64,000 bases of DNA from Elainellaceae cyanobacterium. Lineage in GTDB: Bacteria > Cyanobacteriota > Cyanobacteriia > CAZCXK01. The stretch is taken from positions 1 to 64,000 of the forward strand of contig JBNPEG010000002.1 in the NCBI GenBank assembly GCA_051117555.1. The letters run 5' to 3'. Under the pieces are notes generated by a model, which worked only from the letters and a program-made list of their open reading frames with translations, was not told where the DNA came from and searched no databases. This document shows, piece by piece, positions 40,339-51,700 of the stretch (the stretch's first letter is position 1; each line of letters begins with the position of its first letter). A program made the position numbers and the translations under genes.

Positions 40339-41145
40339 CTACGAAGAATCAGCATTCTGGCATTCCGATACCTGGCACCGATCGCGTTTCGGTATCTGAG
40401 CAATTGCGCACTCCGGGTTGTAGCTATTCGCTCTTAAAAACTTCTCAGTGATTGCATGGGCTTCATCCATCTGAGCGTCCCACTGCTCCCAGAGATCCAT
40501 TTGCCCTGGACTCGTTTTCTTAGACTTCTTCTTAATCTTCAATCCCGCTAGCAGTTTGCTCCCCCAATGGCTTTTGCGTTCTGGCTTCGGCTGCGGTCGA
40601 TATTTTTTGCAAAACTTGCGATACGCTGCCGCACAGATCTCTAGCGTCTTCCCCAACATCAAAAACGCCGGATGCCATTGAGTAATTCCATCATTCGTTA
40701 GACGATCATACGTCCCGTAATTGCTGAAATCATAAAACCACCCCTGCTGCATATTCGCCGCTTTGGGATTGCCGTGAATATAGCGCAATGTGTTTAATGC
40801 TCGGCGTTTGTCAGTATTGGGAAAGCCTGTGCTGTGATAGCGCTTTTCCCAAAAGTGCCCCGTGCGATTCATCATCCGGTTGAAACACATAGCGGTAAAC
40901 CAATTCAGCCAATGCATGATTTTAGGCAAATCGTCTGGTTCTTTCGGTTCCAGCAAATAATGCACGTGATTGCTCATGATGCAGAGGGCATAGATTTTGA
41001 AGCCAAATTTATCCCGACAGTTTTGAAGTGCCATTAAAAACAATTCGCGACATTCAAACCGAGTCAAGCGAAATTCTCGATTGTTGCAGCGGGTCGTGAT
41101 GTGATAACAATATCCAGGATTTAGTTTTCGTGGTTTTCGCGCCAT
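40339..41145 (-). CDS. HUH/Y1 tyrosine transposase-like protein (RAYT-related), 268 aa
   Basis: MARKPR start, YHITTRCNNR, MSNHVHYLL (HUH), TGHFWEKRY, RYIHGNP (catalytic Tyr). True ATG probably 41145. Confidence 0.88.
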   Translation of the reverse strand: MARKPRKLNPGYCYHITTRCNNREFRLTRFECRELFLMALQNCRDKFGFKIYALCIMSNHVHYLLEPKEPDDLPKIMHWLNWFTAMCFNRMMNRTGHFWEKRYHSTGFPNTDKRRALNTLRYIHGNPKAANMQQGWFYDFSNYGTYDRLTNDGITQWHPAFLMLGKTLEICAAAYRKFCKKYRPQPKPERKSHWGSKLLAGLKIKKKSKKTSPGQMDLWEQWDAQMDEAHAITEKFLRANSYNPECAIAQIPKRDRCQVSECQNADSS

Positions 41146-41280
41146 ATAACTTAGCAGATCGTAGGATAGGCAAAGCGCAGCGTGCCCATCGTCTAATAAA
41201 ATCCAACTCACTAAACGCGATCGCCCTGTCATTTTGGATTCTAGATTTTGGATTTTTGATTGGGGGCGATTTATCATCGG

Positions 41281-41700
41281 TATTTATCTCCGGATGAATT
41301 TATTATCACGCCCGATCAATTCATGGGATTTTGATATTGAACAATGGTGTCGGAGGGGCGGGTTTTGATTGTCGGAGGGGTGGGTTTTGATTGTCGGAGG
41401 GGCGGGTTTTGATTGTCGGAGGGGCGGGTTTTGATTGTCGGAGGGGCGGGTTTTGATAGCACCGTATCGAAACTTGCTACCAATGTATTGTCTAAACCCG
41501 CCCCTCCGACATTACCAACGTGTTGTCTAAACCCGCCCCTCCGACATTACCAACGCGTTGTCTAAACCCGCCCCTACCCCGCGTCCACGGCACATCATGA
41601 TATTCCCAAAATCATTCGCGGATTCAAACCATTGTCTACCCGACCAATAAACCCAATGCGCCGAACACCTGGAATACCCGTTTGGCAACATAATTTTTAA
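41281..41700 (+). pseudogene. Decayed RAYT transposase fragment interrupted by REP arrays
   Basis: Translates as PDEFIITPDQ / (frameshift) HGILILN before the repeats and IPKIIRGFKPLSTRPINPMRRTPGIPVWQHNF* after them, resembling RAYT DEFVIMPNHxHGI and EIIRGFK..S.RRIN..R.TPG.PVWQRNY. Confidence 0.7.
41349..41577. repeat. REP-like arrays: five 22-nt units and three inverted 35-nt units
   Basis: (GTCGGAGGGGCGGGTTTTGATT)x5 from 41349; TCTAAACCCGCCCCT units at 41491, 41526 and 41561. Confidence 0.9.
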
Positions 41701-41728
41701 TATTCGCATCGCGTCTTGTAGGGGCGAT

Positions 41729-41860
41729 GTATGTATTTAGCGTAACGCCCTAAAGATCCCCCTAAATCCCTAAAAAGCGGGACTTCAGCAACCTGTAGAT
41801 AGCCCCCTTTTCAAGGGGGCAGCGACAGCGGGGGATCTTACATATGCGCTAAACATATAC
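41729..41860 (+). mobile_element. MITE copy 1 (132 bp) inserted at HIP1
   Basis: Imperfect 14-bp TIRs GTATGTATTTAGCG / CGCTAAACATATAC; GGGGCGAT duplicated at 41721-41728 and 41861-41868. Confidence 0.85.
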
Positions 41861-41991
41861 GGGGCGATCGCCCCTAGAAGATGCCACAATGCCCCACTCC
41901 GTAACGTATTCCTCGCTTCTTTGTAAAGCCCTCTAAAATAGTAAAGACTATATTCGTCTAAGACTATTCTCCGCCACGGATGCTCTAGCCT

Positions 41992-44900
41992 ATGGCTTTC
42001 TCGTCGATTATTCGCGCCTTGGGGCGGTTGCCCCTCGCCACCGAGTTACTCGCTAAACTCGATCAAAACCAGATTCTCTATCTCAACGGAATTCCCCGAG
42101 TTCCCAAAGGGCTAGTCACCTCCACGTTGGCTCAAGCTCAACATCGCCATTTGCTAGTTGTGACGCCCACCCTCGAAGAAGCCGGGCGATGGTCGGCTCA
42201 GCTAGATGCGATGGGCTGGCAGACGGTTCATTTTTATCCCACATCAGAGGCGTCACCCTACGAGCCGTTTGACCCCGAATCAGAAATGACCTGGGGGCAG
42301 CTTCAGGTGTTGGCTGATTTGCTGAGTATTCAAAAGCAGCAGGTCGCTAATCGCAATCAGCCGTCAGTCGCTTCGCCGCCCTCAGTTGCTATTATTACCA
42401 CCGAACGAGCCCTCCAGCCGCATCTCCCGCCTGTGGATGCGTTTCGTCCTTATTGCATCACGATTCAGCAAGGCATGGAGATTAATCTGGGCGAACTGGG
42501 GCGTCAGCTTGCTCAGTTGGGCTATGAGCGGGTGCCGCTGGTCGAAACGGAGGGGCAGTGGAGCCGTCGGGGAGACATTATTGATGTGTTTCCGGTCGCG
42601 TTAGAACTGCCTATTCGCTTAGAGCTGTTTGGCGATGAGCTTGACAAAATTCGGGAGTTTGACGCGACCACGCAGCGATCGCTCGACAGCGTCAACCAGC
42701 TTGTGCTCACCGCAACCGACTACCGACCCATTGTTTTAGATGCGTTGGGCATTGAAGAAGCAGAAAATGGCGGGCTCAATAACGACTCCATTGCGGCTCT
42801 CACGCCATACCTTTCGGAAAGCGAAATTGAGCAACTCAACTCCGGTCAGCCCTTAGAAGGGATTCGACGATTTCTCAAAGTCGCATTTGATCAGCCCGCG
42901 TCCATCTTGGATTATCTGCCCGGCAATACTCTGGTTGCCATTGACGAACCGGATCAGTGCCTAGCTCATGGCAGTCGCTGGGTCGAACATGCCGACGAAC
43001 ACTGGCACGAGGTAACAGCCGGACGGCAAGCAGACACGCTTCCCAAGGTTCACTTTCCCTCCGACGAATCGTTATCAAATACGCGGCAGTTCTCGTGCGT
43101 CTATCTATCTGAGCTGGCAGAAGAAGTCGTCAACTCTCCGATTCCTGACGATCGCACGCTCGCCCCGCTCAATTTATCGAGCCGCCCTGTCCCCGCAACG
43201 CCTCACCAATTTGGCAAACTCGCAGAGACGCTTCGCCAAGAGCGCGATCGCGGCTTTTCGGTATGGCTCATCTCGGCTCAGCCGTCCCGCTCCGTTTCTC
43301 TGCTGCAAGAGCACGATTGTCCGGCTCAGTTTGTGCCCAATCCGCGCGACTATCGGGCGATCGAGAAACTCCAGGGGCAACATGTCCCCGTTGCACTCAA
43401 ATATTCAGGGCTCGCCGAACTCGAAGGCTTCATTCTACCGACCTTCCGCACAGTCGTCGTCACCGACCGCGAATTCTTTGGGCAACATACCCTTGCGACG
43501 CCCAGCTACGTGCGCAAACGGCGACGGGCATCGTCGAAGCAGGTCGACCCCAATAAGCTGCGTCCGGGCGATTACGTTGTCCACCGCAATCATGGGGTCG
43601 GACGCTTTCTCAAGCTCGAAAGCCTGACCATCAATAGCGAAACGCGCGAATATTTGGTTTTGCAGTACGCGGATGGGCTGCTCCGAGTTGCGGCAGATCA
43701 GTTGAGTTCGCTTTCCCGCTTTCGGGGAGCCGGAGACGCCGTCCCTCAGCTCAACAAAATGTCGAGCAAAGCGTGGGAAAAGACCAAGAGCAAAGTTCGC
43801 AAAGCCGTCAAAAAAGTCGCGGTGGATTTGCTCAAGCTCTATGCCCAACGCGCTCAGCAAGAAGGATTTGCGTACCCGCACGATACGCCCTGGCAAGAAG
43901 AACTAGAAGACTCGTTTCCCTATCAGCCGACGACCGATCAGCTCAAGTCCATTCAAGATATGAAGCGGGATATGGAAAGCCCGCGCCCGATGGATCGACT
44001 CATCTGCGGAGATGTTGGGTTTGGGAAGACAGAAGTGGCCCTGCGCGGAATCTTTAAGGCCGTTACGGCAGGCAAACAGGTGGCTCTGCTTGCGCCGACG
44101 ACGATTTTGACGCAGCAGCATTACCACACCCTCAAAGAACGGTTTGCGCCGTATCCCATTCAGGTGGGGCTGCTCAACCGATTTCGAACCGCTGAAGAAC
44201 GTCGCCAAATTCAACAGCGTCTCGCAACGGGAGAGCTCGATGTCGTCGTGGGTACTCATCAACTGCTCGGCAAAGGCGTGAAATTTAAAGAATTGGGCTT
44301 GTTAGTCGTAGACGAAGAGCAGCGGTTTGGCGTCAATCAAAAAGAAAAAATTAAGTCGCTCAAAACCCTCGTTGATGTCCTGACGCTCAGCGCTACGCCG
44401 ATTCCTCGAACGCTCTATATGGCATTATCGGGCGTGCGGGAAATGAGCCTAATTACGACGCCACCGCCGTCTCGCCGCCCCATTAAAACCCACTTGGCAC
44501 CCTACGATCCAGAGATGATTCGCACAGCCATTCGTCAAGAACTGGATCGGGGTGGGCAGGTGTTTTACGTGGTGCCTCGGGTCGAAGGAATTGAGGAAAT
44601 TGCGAGTCGGCTGCGGGAAATGGTGCCTGGCACTCGGATTGCGATCGCCCACGGACAGATGCCCGAAGGTGAACTTGAAGCAACGATGTTGACGTTTAGC
44701 AATGGCGAAGCGGATTTGTTGGTATGTACGACCATCATCGAATCGGGGCTTGATATTCCTCGCGTCAACACCATTTTGATCGAAGATGCCCAGCGGTTTG
44801 GGCTTTCCCAGCTCTATCAGCTTCGAGGGCGGGTCGGTCGTGCTGGGGTGCAGGCTCACGCCTGGCTATTTTATCCTCGGCAGAGTCAGCTTTCGGAAGC

Positions 44901-45573
44901 GGCAAGAAAGCGGCTACGCGCCATTCAAGAATTTACCCAGTTAGGCTCAGGCTACCAGCTTGCCGTGCGCGATATGGAAATTCGCGGGGTGGGCAATCTC
45001 TTGGGTGCCGAACAGTCAGGGCAGATGGATGCAATCGGCTTTGATTTGTATATGGAAATGCTGGAAGAAGCGATTCGAGAAATCCGGGGGCAAGAAATTC
45101 CGCAGGTGGATGATACGCAAATCGACCTGAACCTCACGGCATTTATTCCAGCCGATTATATTCCTGATCTAGATCAGAAGATGAGTGCCTATCGAGCTGT
45201 TGCCTCAGCAACGTCGAAGGAAGAACTGACCCAAATTGCAGCCGACTGGAGCGATCGCTACGGTTCCTTACCGACGGGGGCTTTGCAACTCATTCGAATC
45301 ATGGAACTCAAGCAGATTGCGAAGAAACTTGGCTTTTCGCGTATCAAGCCCGAAGGTAAGCAGCACATTCTCCTCGAAACGCCAATGGAGGAACCCGCCT
45401 GGAACTTGCTCAAAGCCAAACTGCCTGAGCATCTCCATTCTCGATTTGTGTATGCTCCAGGCAAAGTGATTGTGCGCGGATTGGGAGTGCTGAGCGCAGA
45501 TCAGCAGCTCGAAAACCTCATTAACTGGCTGAGTCGTATGCAGGGTGCTCTGCCAGAACCTGCGCTGGTGTAG
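41992..45573 (+). CDS. mfd: Transcription-repair coupling factor
   Basis: [47 protein letters not shown]-terminal domain. Confidence 0.97.
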   Translation: MAFSSIIRALGRLPLATELLAKLDQNQILYLNGIPRVPKGLVTSTLAQAQHRHLLVVTPTLEEAGRWSAQLDAMGWQTVHFYPTSEASPYEPFDPESEMTWGQLQVLADLLSIQKQQVANRNQPSVASPPSVAIITTERALQPHLPPVDAFRPYCITIQQGMEINLGELGRQLAQLGYERVPLVETEGQWSRRGDIIDVFPVALELPIRLELFGDELDKIREFDATTQRSLDSVNQLVLTATDYRPIVLDALGIEEAENGGLNNDSIAALTPYLSESEIEQLNSGQPLEGIRRFLKVAFDQPASILDYLPGNTLVAIDEPDQCLAHGSRWVEHADEHWHEVTAGRQADTLPKVHFPSDESLSNTRQFSCVYLSELAEEVVNSPIPDDRTLAPLNLSSRPVPATPHQFGKLAETLRQERDRGFSVWLISAQPSRSVSLLQEHDCPAQFVPNPRDYRAIEKLQGQHVPVALKYSGLAELEGFILPTFRTVVVTDREFFGQHTLATPSYVRKRRRASSKQVDPNKLRPGDYVVHRNHGVGRFLKLESLTINSETREYLVLQYADGLLRVAADQLSSLSRFRGAGDAVPQLNKMSSKAWEKTKSKVRKAVKKVAVDLLKLYAQRAQQEGFAYPHDTPWQEELEDSFPYQPTTDQLKSIQDMKRDMESPRPMDRLICGDVGFGKTEVALRGIFKAVTAGKQVALLAPTTILTQQHYHTLKERFAPYPIQVGLLNRFRTAEERRQIQQRLATGELDVVVGTHQLLGKGVKFKELGLLVVDEEQRFGVNQKEKIKSLKTLVDVLTLSATPIPRTLYMALSGVREMSLITTPPPSRRPIKTHLAPYDPEMIRTAIRQELDRGGQVFYVVPRVEGIEEIASRLREMVPGTRIAIAHGQMPEGELEATMLTFSNGEADLLVCTTIIESGLDIPRVNTILIEDAQRFGLSQLYQLRGRVGRAGVQAHAWLFYPRQSQLSEAARKRLRAIQEFTQLGSGYQLAVRDMEIRGVGNLLGAEQSGQMDAIGFDLYMEMLEEAIREIRGQEIPQVDDTQIDLNLTAFIPADYIPDLDQKMSAYRAVASATSKEELTQIAADWSDRYGSLPTGALQLIRIMELKQIAKKLGFSRIKPEGKQHILLETPMEEPAWNLLKAKLPEHLHSRFVYAPGKVIVRGLGVLSADQQLENLINWLSRMQGALPEPALV

Positions 45574-45653
45574 GAGAATCGTGATTGGCGAATGAACGTG
45601 GCAGCCATAACCGGGCGATCGCCTGGTGTGTGTTTAGCGAGCATGTCGCCCCG

Positions 45654-47090
45654 TTATAGATTATCGCCAAACGAGCGATGATACGTCGCCTGCATCATTT
45701 CCCAAAATGAACGGTATCGATACGCTCCAGGAATTTGGTTATCAAATTCCCATGCTTCCCATTCGCCATTTTCATCAATAACCTTTGGGTTTAACAAATA
45801 AACATAGCCATCTTCATCCGCGCTAATCTGCAACGCAGTTTGTAAATATTCACATCGAATGAAGACTGGATCTTGACGCTCTCCGTATTGAAAATATTGC
45901 TCATCGCTTACCTCTCCTTCGGTTCCTGCTTCGACCCAGGCGTCAATCCAATTTTGATTGCGAGCGGCAAACCAGTTCACCTCATGAGTACTCAGTAAAA
46001 CGCTGCACTCGTTGAGAAGAAACCACCCATTACTATACGAAAGAAACGTTCGATAGCTGGGAGGCAACTTCATGCCCAATCGAGTTTCTAACTCTAAAAT
46101 TTCTTCCTCAGCCGCACCCTGCTGACCGCATTGTTGTTGCGCAATGACCTCAGGAAAACAATCACACGGCCCGTCATACACGTCTGTTTCAGCGGTGAAA
46201 ATTTTATGGTTCCAACGTTCCATAAAATCTTGCCAGTCGGTAGCCGTAGGACTTTTCCCAGAAAAAGAAATATATGAACGACTACGCAGAGTATCTAGAA
46301 AATCATCCACAGCGGTCTGGGCAATATTAATCTGCCCCCTGAGCGCACCATATAAAATAGCTCGCATTGCCGCGATTGGATATGCAAAGACAGGAAACTG
46401 AGAGGTCTTATTAAGCTGCCACCACTCGGCAATATACTGCTTCGCTTTTTGTTCGTAGCCTGCTCGAAAATAAGTATCAATGGCAATTGTCTGTATTTCC
46501 TCCGAAAGCCAGTCCTTGTTGTCAAGATTCCAGGCCAAACGAACAGACTGATATAAGTCGATCAGTTCAACTGCTTCAGTCAATCGACCGTCTGCAGCGC
46601 GGTGCTGTACCATCCTAAAAATTTCTTGCCGAAATTGAGTAATCTCAGTAAAACTGGGTCGTTCTCCTGGCCCAGTCATTCGATCTAGATATTCGCGAGT
46701 CCATCTTCCTTCGGGAAGCGGCAATTGCAACCATCGATCTGCCAAGATCATAGAACGCCAGTTCTGTTCTTCGTTGCTTACATGCTGTGTCAATTCTGCA
46801 AATGACATTGCTGGACGGTTGGGCAGCTTAGGACAGGTCACCCCCAAAACATAGCAAAGGCTCGGCAGCACTCGTGCTAGACGAGGCAGTAGCGAACTCG
46901 CCGTGCTAAGACGCAGTTCTCCTTCAAGCAGATATGAAAATGCGACATAAGCAGCCTGCCCACGCGCTGACAATATTAATAAAACGCCTGCCTGATAGAC
47001 GGCCTCGCTAGTTTGGCAAGACGGCGCAATTGCAATTTGTTTAGTTAGTCTGGATAAACGCTCAGATAAATAATTGGGAAGGACTACCAT
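45654..47090 (-). CDS. SMI1/KNR4 (SUKH) family protein with a long N-terminal extension
   Basis: GAAEEEILELETRLGMKLPPSYRTFLSYSNGW, YLLNP...GEWEAW, YRSFWEMM; start uncertain (47090 or 47132). Confidence 0.82.
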   Translation of the reverse strand: MVVLPNYLSERLSRLTKQIAIAPSCQTSEAVYQAGVLLILSARGQAAYVAFSYLLEGELRLSTASSLLPRLARVLPSLCYVLGVTCPKLPNRPAMSFAELTQHVSNEEQNWRSMILADRWLQLPLPEGRWTREYLDRMTGPGERPSFTEITQFRQEIFRMVQHRAADGRLTEAVELIDLYQSVRLAWNLDNKDWLSEEIQTIAIDTYFRAGYEQKAKQYIAEWWQLNKTSQFPVFAYPIAAMRAILYGALRGQINIAQTAVDDFLDTLRSRSYISFSGKSPTATDWQDFMERWNHKIFTAETDVYDGPCDCFPEVIAQQQCGQQGAAEEEILELETRLGMKLPPSYRTFLSYSNGWFLLNECSVLLSTHEVNWFAARNQNWIDAWVEAGTEGEVSDEQYFQYGERQDPVFIRCEYLQTALQISADEDGYVYLLNPKVIDENGEWEAWEFDNQIPGAYRYRSFWEMMQATYHRSFGDNL

Positions 47091-47405
47091 ACGATTACTC
47101 TTCAAGTGGAAGCCACAACTATACTTTGCCAATGTCGATCAGCATGTTAACTCATCGGGATGATGCACAGAGCTGTAGCTAATGTGCCCCAAGCAATGAT
47201 GTAATGTATTATTTGTAACCCTAATTTTCACGAAATGATCCATTTTTCCGCAAAATTACGCCAAGACTACGAATGCATCTGCTGAATCACTCAACGTGTT
47301 CTCATAGTGATGAATTGGCGATTTGCTGTACCTAATGAACAAAATTTAGATCAATTAGCCCCATAATAGAAGTTTGTTCTTTTTGTTCTAACGAGTCGAG
47401 GAATC

Positions 47406-48608
47406 ATGGGTCGCGCCGATAAAGTCGTATTGGCATATTCAGGTGGAGTCGATACATCAGTTTGTATTCCCTATCTGAAGCACGAATGGGGAGTTAAAGA
47501 GGTCATTACGTTAGCGGCTGATTTGGGTCAGGGTGATGAGCTAGAACCCATTCGCGAGAAAGCGCTGAAATCGGGTGCAGATGAATCCTTGATTGCTGAC
47601 TTGCAAGATAGCTTTATCAAAGACTATGCGTTTCCAGCTATCCAGTCGAATGCCCTGTACGAAAATCGTTATCCGCTTTCAACGGCATTGGCTCGCCCAT
47701 TGATTGCTAAACGATTAGTTGAAGTGGCAGAGGAGTATGGAGCCGATGCCGTAGCGCATGGATGTACTGGCAAAGGAAATGATCAAGTTCGTTTTGATGT
47801 GTCCATTGCAGCGTTGAATCCCAATTTAAGAGTGCTAGCTCCTGCACGAGAATGGGGCATGAGCCGAGAAGAGACAATTGCCTATGGCGATCGCTTTGGC
47901 ATCGAATCTCCGGTCAAAAAATCATCACCTTACAGTATCGATCGCAATCTGCTAGGCCGCAGCATTGAAGCGGGTCCGCTGGAAGACCCTTGGAATGAAC
48001 CCCTTGAAGAAGTCTATGCCCTGACAAAGGCGATCGCCAACACACCTGACGAACCTGAGTATGTTGAGATTAGCTTTGAGCGAGGTATGCCGACTACTCT
48101 CAATGGTGATTCCTTATCGCCAGTTGATCTAGTGAGTCGACTTAACATATTGGCGGGCAATCACGGGATTGGCCGCATTGATATGGTTGAGAATCGTCTC
48201 GTTGGCATCAAATCTCGCGAAATCTATGAAGCTCCAGCCCTAATGGTTCTCATTTATGCACATCGAGATTTGGAGAGTTTAACGCTGACAGCCGATGTGA
48301 CTCAATATAAGCGCGGAATCGAAGACACCTATTCGCAGTTGGTGTATAACGGGCTGTGGTATAGCCCTCTCAAAGGTGCTCTAGATGCCTTCGTCCAAAA
48401 GACACAAGAGCGCGTATCAGGGACTATTCGGATAAAGTTCTTTAAAGGAAATATGACCGTAGTGGGGCGTAAATCTGTTAATTCGCTCTATACGCCTGAT
48501 TTAGCCACCTATGGAGCCGATGATACATTTGACCATAAAGCGGCTGAGGGCTTCATTTATGTTTGGGGGTTACCCACCCGAGTCTGGTCACAACACCTGC
48601 GACAATAA
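47406..48608 (+). CDS. argG: Argininosuccinate synthase
   Basis: [32 protein letters not shown]. Confidence 0.98.
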   Translation: MGRADKVVLAYSGGVDTSVCIPYLKHEWGVKEVITLAADLGQGDELEPIREKALKSGADESLIADLQDSFIKDYAFPAIQSNALYENRYPLSTALARPLIAKRLVEVAEEYGADAVAHGCTGKGNDQVRFDVSIAALNPNLRVLAPAREWGMSREETIAYGDRFGIESPVKKSSPYSIDRNLLGRSIEAGPLEDPWNEPLEEVYALTKAIANTPDEPEYVEISFERGMPTTLNGDSLSPVDLVSRLNILAGNHGIGRIDMVENRLVGIKSREIYEAPALMVLIYAHRDLESLTLTADVTQYKRGIEDTYSQLVYNGLWYSPLKGALDAFVQKTQERVSGTIRIKFFKGNMTVVGRKSVNSLYTPDLATYGADDTFDHKAAEGFIYVWGLPTRVWSQHLRQ

Positions 48609-48722
48609 TGCCTTGGTTGCGGTTGGTAGCGTTGTGTATTCGGTGGCGTTACTGGTGTATTGATGGAGCGATCGCAATTTATTTGAGAATCCGTTGATTC
48701 CATAGGGCGATCGCCTCTCTTG

Positions 48723-51700
48723 CTACAGCGTTACACCTTCCAGCTCCTCATCTGCGATGTCATATAAGTTCCGCAACTTTTCTAGCTTCTCCTCACTCGG
48801 ATGCCAAAAGCCTCTCCCATGGGCTTCCAGCATTCTACCCACGATGTTGCGAAACGCCTCAGGATTGGTTTTGCGAAGTTTCTCCACCATTTCTGAATCA
48901 AGAGCATAGGTGTCTGCGGCTTGGTCATAGACCCAGTTTTCTTTGAAATCGGTTGTGCCTGCCCAACCCATCAGTGCGGTCATGCGCTGCGAAATTTCGT
49001 AGGCTCCTCCTGATCCTTGTGCTGCCATCGCGTCTGCCCATTTGGGATTCAGCAACTTGGTGCGATACTCCATCCGCAGTAGGTCTTCCAGCTTGCGGGG
49101 CGTGGTGTCTTTGGAAAAGCTTTCGACAAAGTTTGCCGTCACCTTTTTGCCCTGCTGCATCTCGGCAGCTTTCTTCAAGCCCCCGGTATTAGCGTAGTAT
49201 TCTTGAATGTCCGTCAGCCCGTATTCCACTGAGTCAATTTGCTGTACGATACGGTTGGTCGATTTGAGCAGGCTTTCAAGGACTTCCGGGCGCGCTTGTC
49301 CTTTGTCATGTCGCCCGTAGCTGAAGGTATTGCGCCCTTGCCAAGTGTCGCCTAGCTCGTTGCCTGACTCCCAGTTGCCATCCACGACGCGATCGTTCAC
49401 CAGAGAGCCAAAGTCGCCCGCTGGATTAGAAAACAGCCGCGCCGAACCGTTTTCAATGCCTTGAGATTGCAGCTCCAGCGCGTGTTTGCGAATAAAGTTT
49501 TGCTCAACGGGTTCGTCAGCGTCTGCGGCGCGACGAAACAGGTCATCCAGCAGTTCGATGATATTCACGAAACTATCGCGGAAGATGCCGGATAGGTTGC
49601 CGAGAATATCAATGCGAGGATGGTCGAGAGTTTCTAACGGCTTTAGCTCATAGCGGACAATACGCCCAGTGCCTTCTTTCAAGGGTTCTGCGCCAACGAG
49701 TTCGAGCAAAATGCCGATGGATTCGCCTTTGGTTTTGATGGCATCCAGCCCCCAGAGCATGACCGCAACGGTTTCAGGATAGGTACCGTGTTCGTCTAGG
49801 TGCTGGGCAATGATTTTTCGGGCGATCGCCCGTCCCCGTTCGTAAGCAGCGGGAGAAGGCATCCGATAGGGGTCAAGGGCATGAATGTTGCGGCCAGTTG
49901 GCAGTACTCCGGGGCCATCGCGCAGCAAGTCGCCACCTGGCGCTGGCGGAATATACTCGCCATTGAGTCCGCGCAGAAGGTTGGTGATTTCGTCGGTGTT
50001 TTGATGGAGTAAATCCCGAATGAGTCGCGCCGTTTGTAGCACATCAGGCTGCATGGACGCATCGGGTTGTAGAGGCGGTACGCGTGCTGTCTCCATAGGA
50101 TGTGGGGCAATTGCCTCCATCAACCCCTCAGAGAATGCATCTCCCAAATAGGCTTTCAAATAGCCTTCTAATTGGTCTGATGTAGGGGGGGCTCCTAGTA
50201 CATGCAAGCCCGACGAAAACAGACGATTTTCCAGTACTTGCAAATACTCGTATAGCTTCACCAGATATCGATTAAAGGCATCTTGGCTAAACATCCGCGC
50301 ATTCTCAGGCGTAAATTCAATCCCCAATCGCTTAGCATCCTCAAAGGGACAGTCAGCATCCAGCCCCGAATCGACAATCTTCTGACAGATTGCTTCCTTC
50401 AAAGGATAGTTCTTTTGGGGGTTTTCGCGATATTCGGCAATCAAATCGCGCAGCGCCATCAGTTCCTTATACAGTCCAGCGCGACCGTAGGGCGGCACGT
50501 TGTGGGAAATCAGCACGCCATAACCGCGACGTTTTGCCAAAATCGACTCCGACGGATTATTTGCCGCATAGACATAAAAATGGGGAATATTGCCCAACAG
50601 AATATCAGACCAGGAGTAGCCCGTGTTTCCGAGTGGCGAACCGGGAAGCCATTCCATCGTGCCGTGCATGCCGAAGTGAACGATTGCATCGGCTTGAAAG
50701 TCATGCTGCAACCAATGATAGAAAGCCGCGTACTGCGGATGAGGCGTCAAATCTCGTTCAAACATCAGCCGCATTGGGTCGCCTTGCAATCCTAGCGGAG
50801 GCTGCACGCCAATCCAAACATTGCCTAGTTGCACCCCGCCTAGCAAATAGCGCGAATCTTCCGGGTGCTCGGCTCCGACGGTGCGAATGCCACTATCGGA
50901 TAGTGATTTCCACTGCTTGGCGATCCGGCTTGATAACAAGTAGCCCAACCATTTTTCGAGTTGACGCACGGTGACAGTCGTAATGGGTGCATCTGCCAAA
51001 CTTTCTGCATGGGGCATCTGACTGACATAGGCTTCATCGGCTGCTTTTACTTGTTTAATCAGTGCTTCACCGTCGTCTGGCAAATCGCCCACATGATAGC
51101 CTTCTTGCTTGAGGGCTTGAAGGAGCTTCAGCAGTGACTTTGGCACATTCAACAAAGCAGCGGTTCCGGTTGCGCCATAGCCGGGAGGAAAGCCGTAGAG
51201 AATGATAGCAATCTTCCTTTCTGCAGGAGGTGTTTGATGAAGCTGAATCCAATGCTTGATACGCCCCGTGAGTCGTTTAACTCGCTCAGGCACTAAATAG
51301 ATGCGATCGCCCACCAATCCACCCAGCGGCACTGGATCAATGGCTCCATCCAGTTCGGGCAGCGCGAACAGTACTACGCTTTGCAATCCCCCGACGCCTT
51401 GCCGCGTCCAGGAATGAATGTCTTGAATCAGCAAAGGTGCCGACACGAAGTATGGGACATTCTTGGCGGAAAGAATGCGTTTCGCGACTTCAACCTGTCG
51501 CCCTGCTTCCATGGAGCCTGCTGGACCGCCGACTAGAGGAAAGCCGATTGTCGAGGCGATCGCATCTACTTTGACGGCTTCTGGTGAGAGAGACGGTGTT
51601 TCAATGTGTCCTTGCTGGCGCTGGTCTTGCTCATAAGAAGTAGTCATCAGGTCGCGCACGGCAACATGACCTTCTACTCCGTTGATGAAGATGGGGACGG

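Noticed and set aside
41146..41277. 44-aa N-terminal extension of the HUH ORF
   Set aside because: It runs through heptamer repeats; MARKPR at 41145 is the family-typical start.
41349..41577. Possible CRISPR array
   Set aside because: Units are contiguous tandem copies without unique spacers, the second block is inverted, and no cas genes are present.
42386..45469. Numerous short overlapping ORFs within mfd and other long genes
   Set aside because: Shadow ORFs of well-supported genes with no recognisable motifs.
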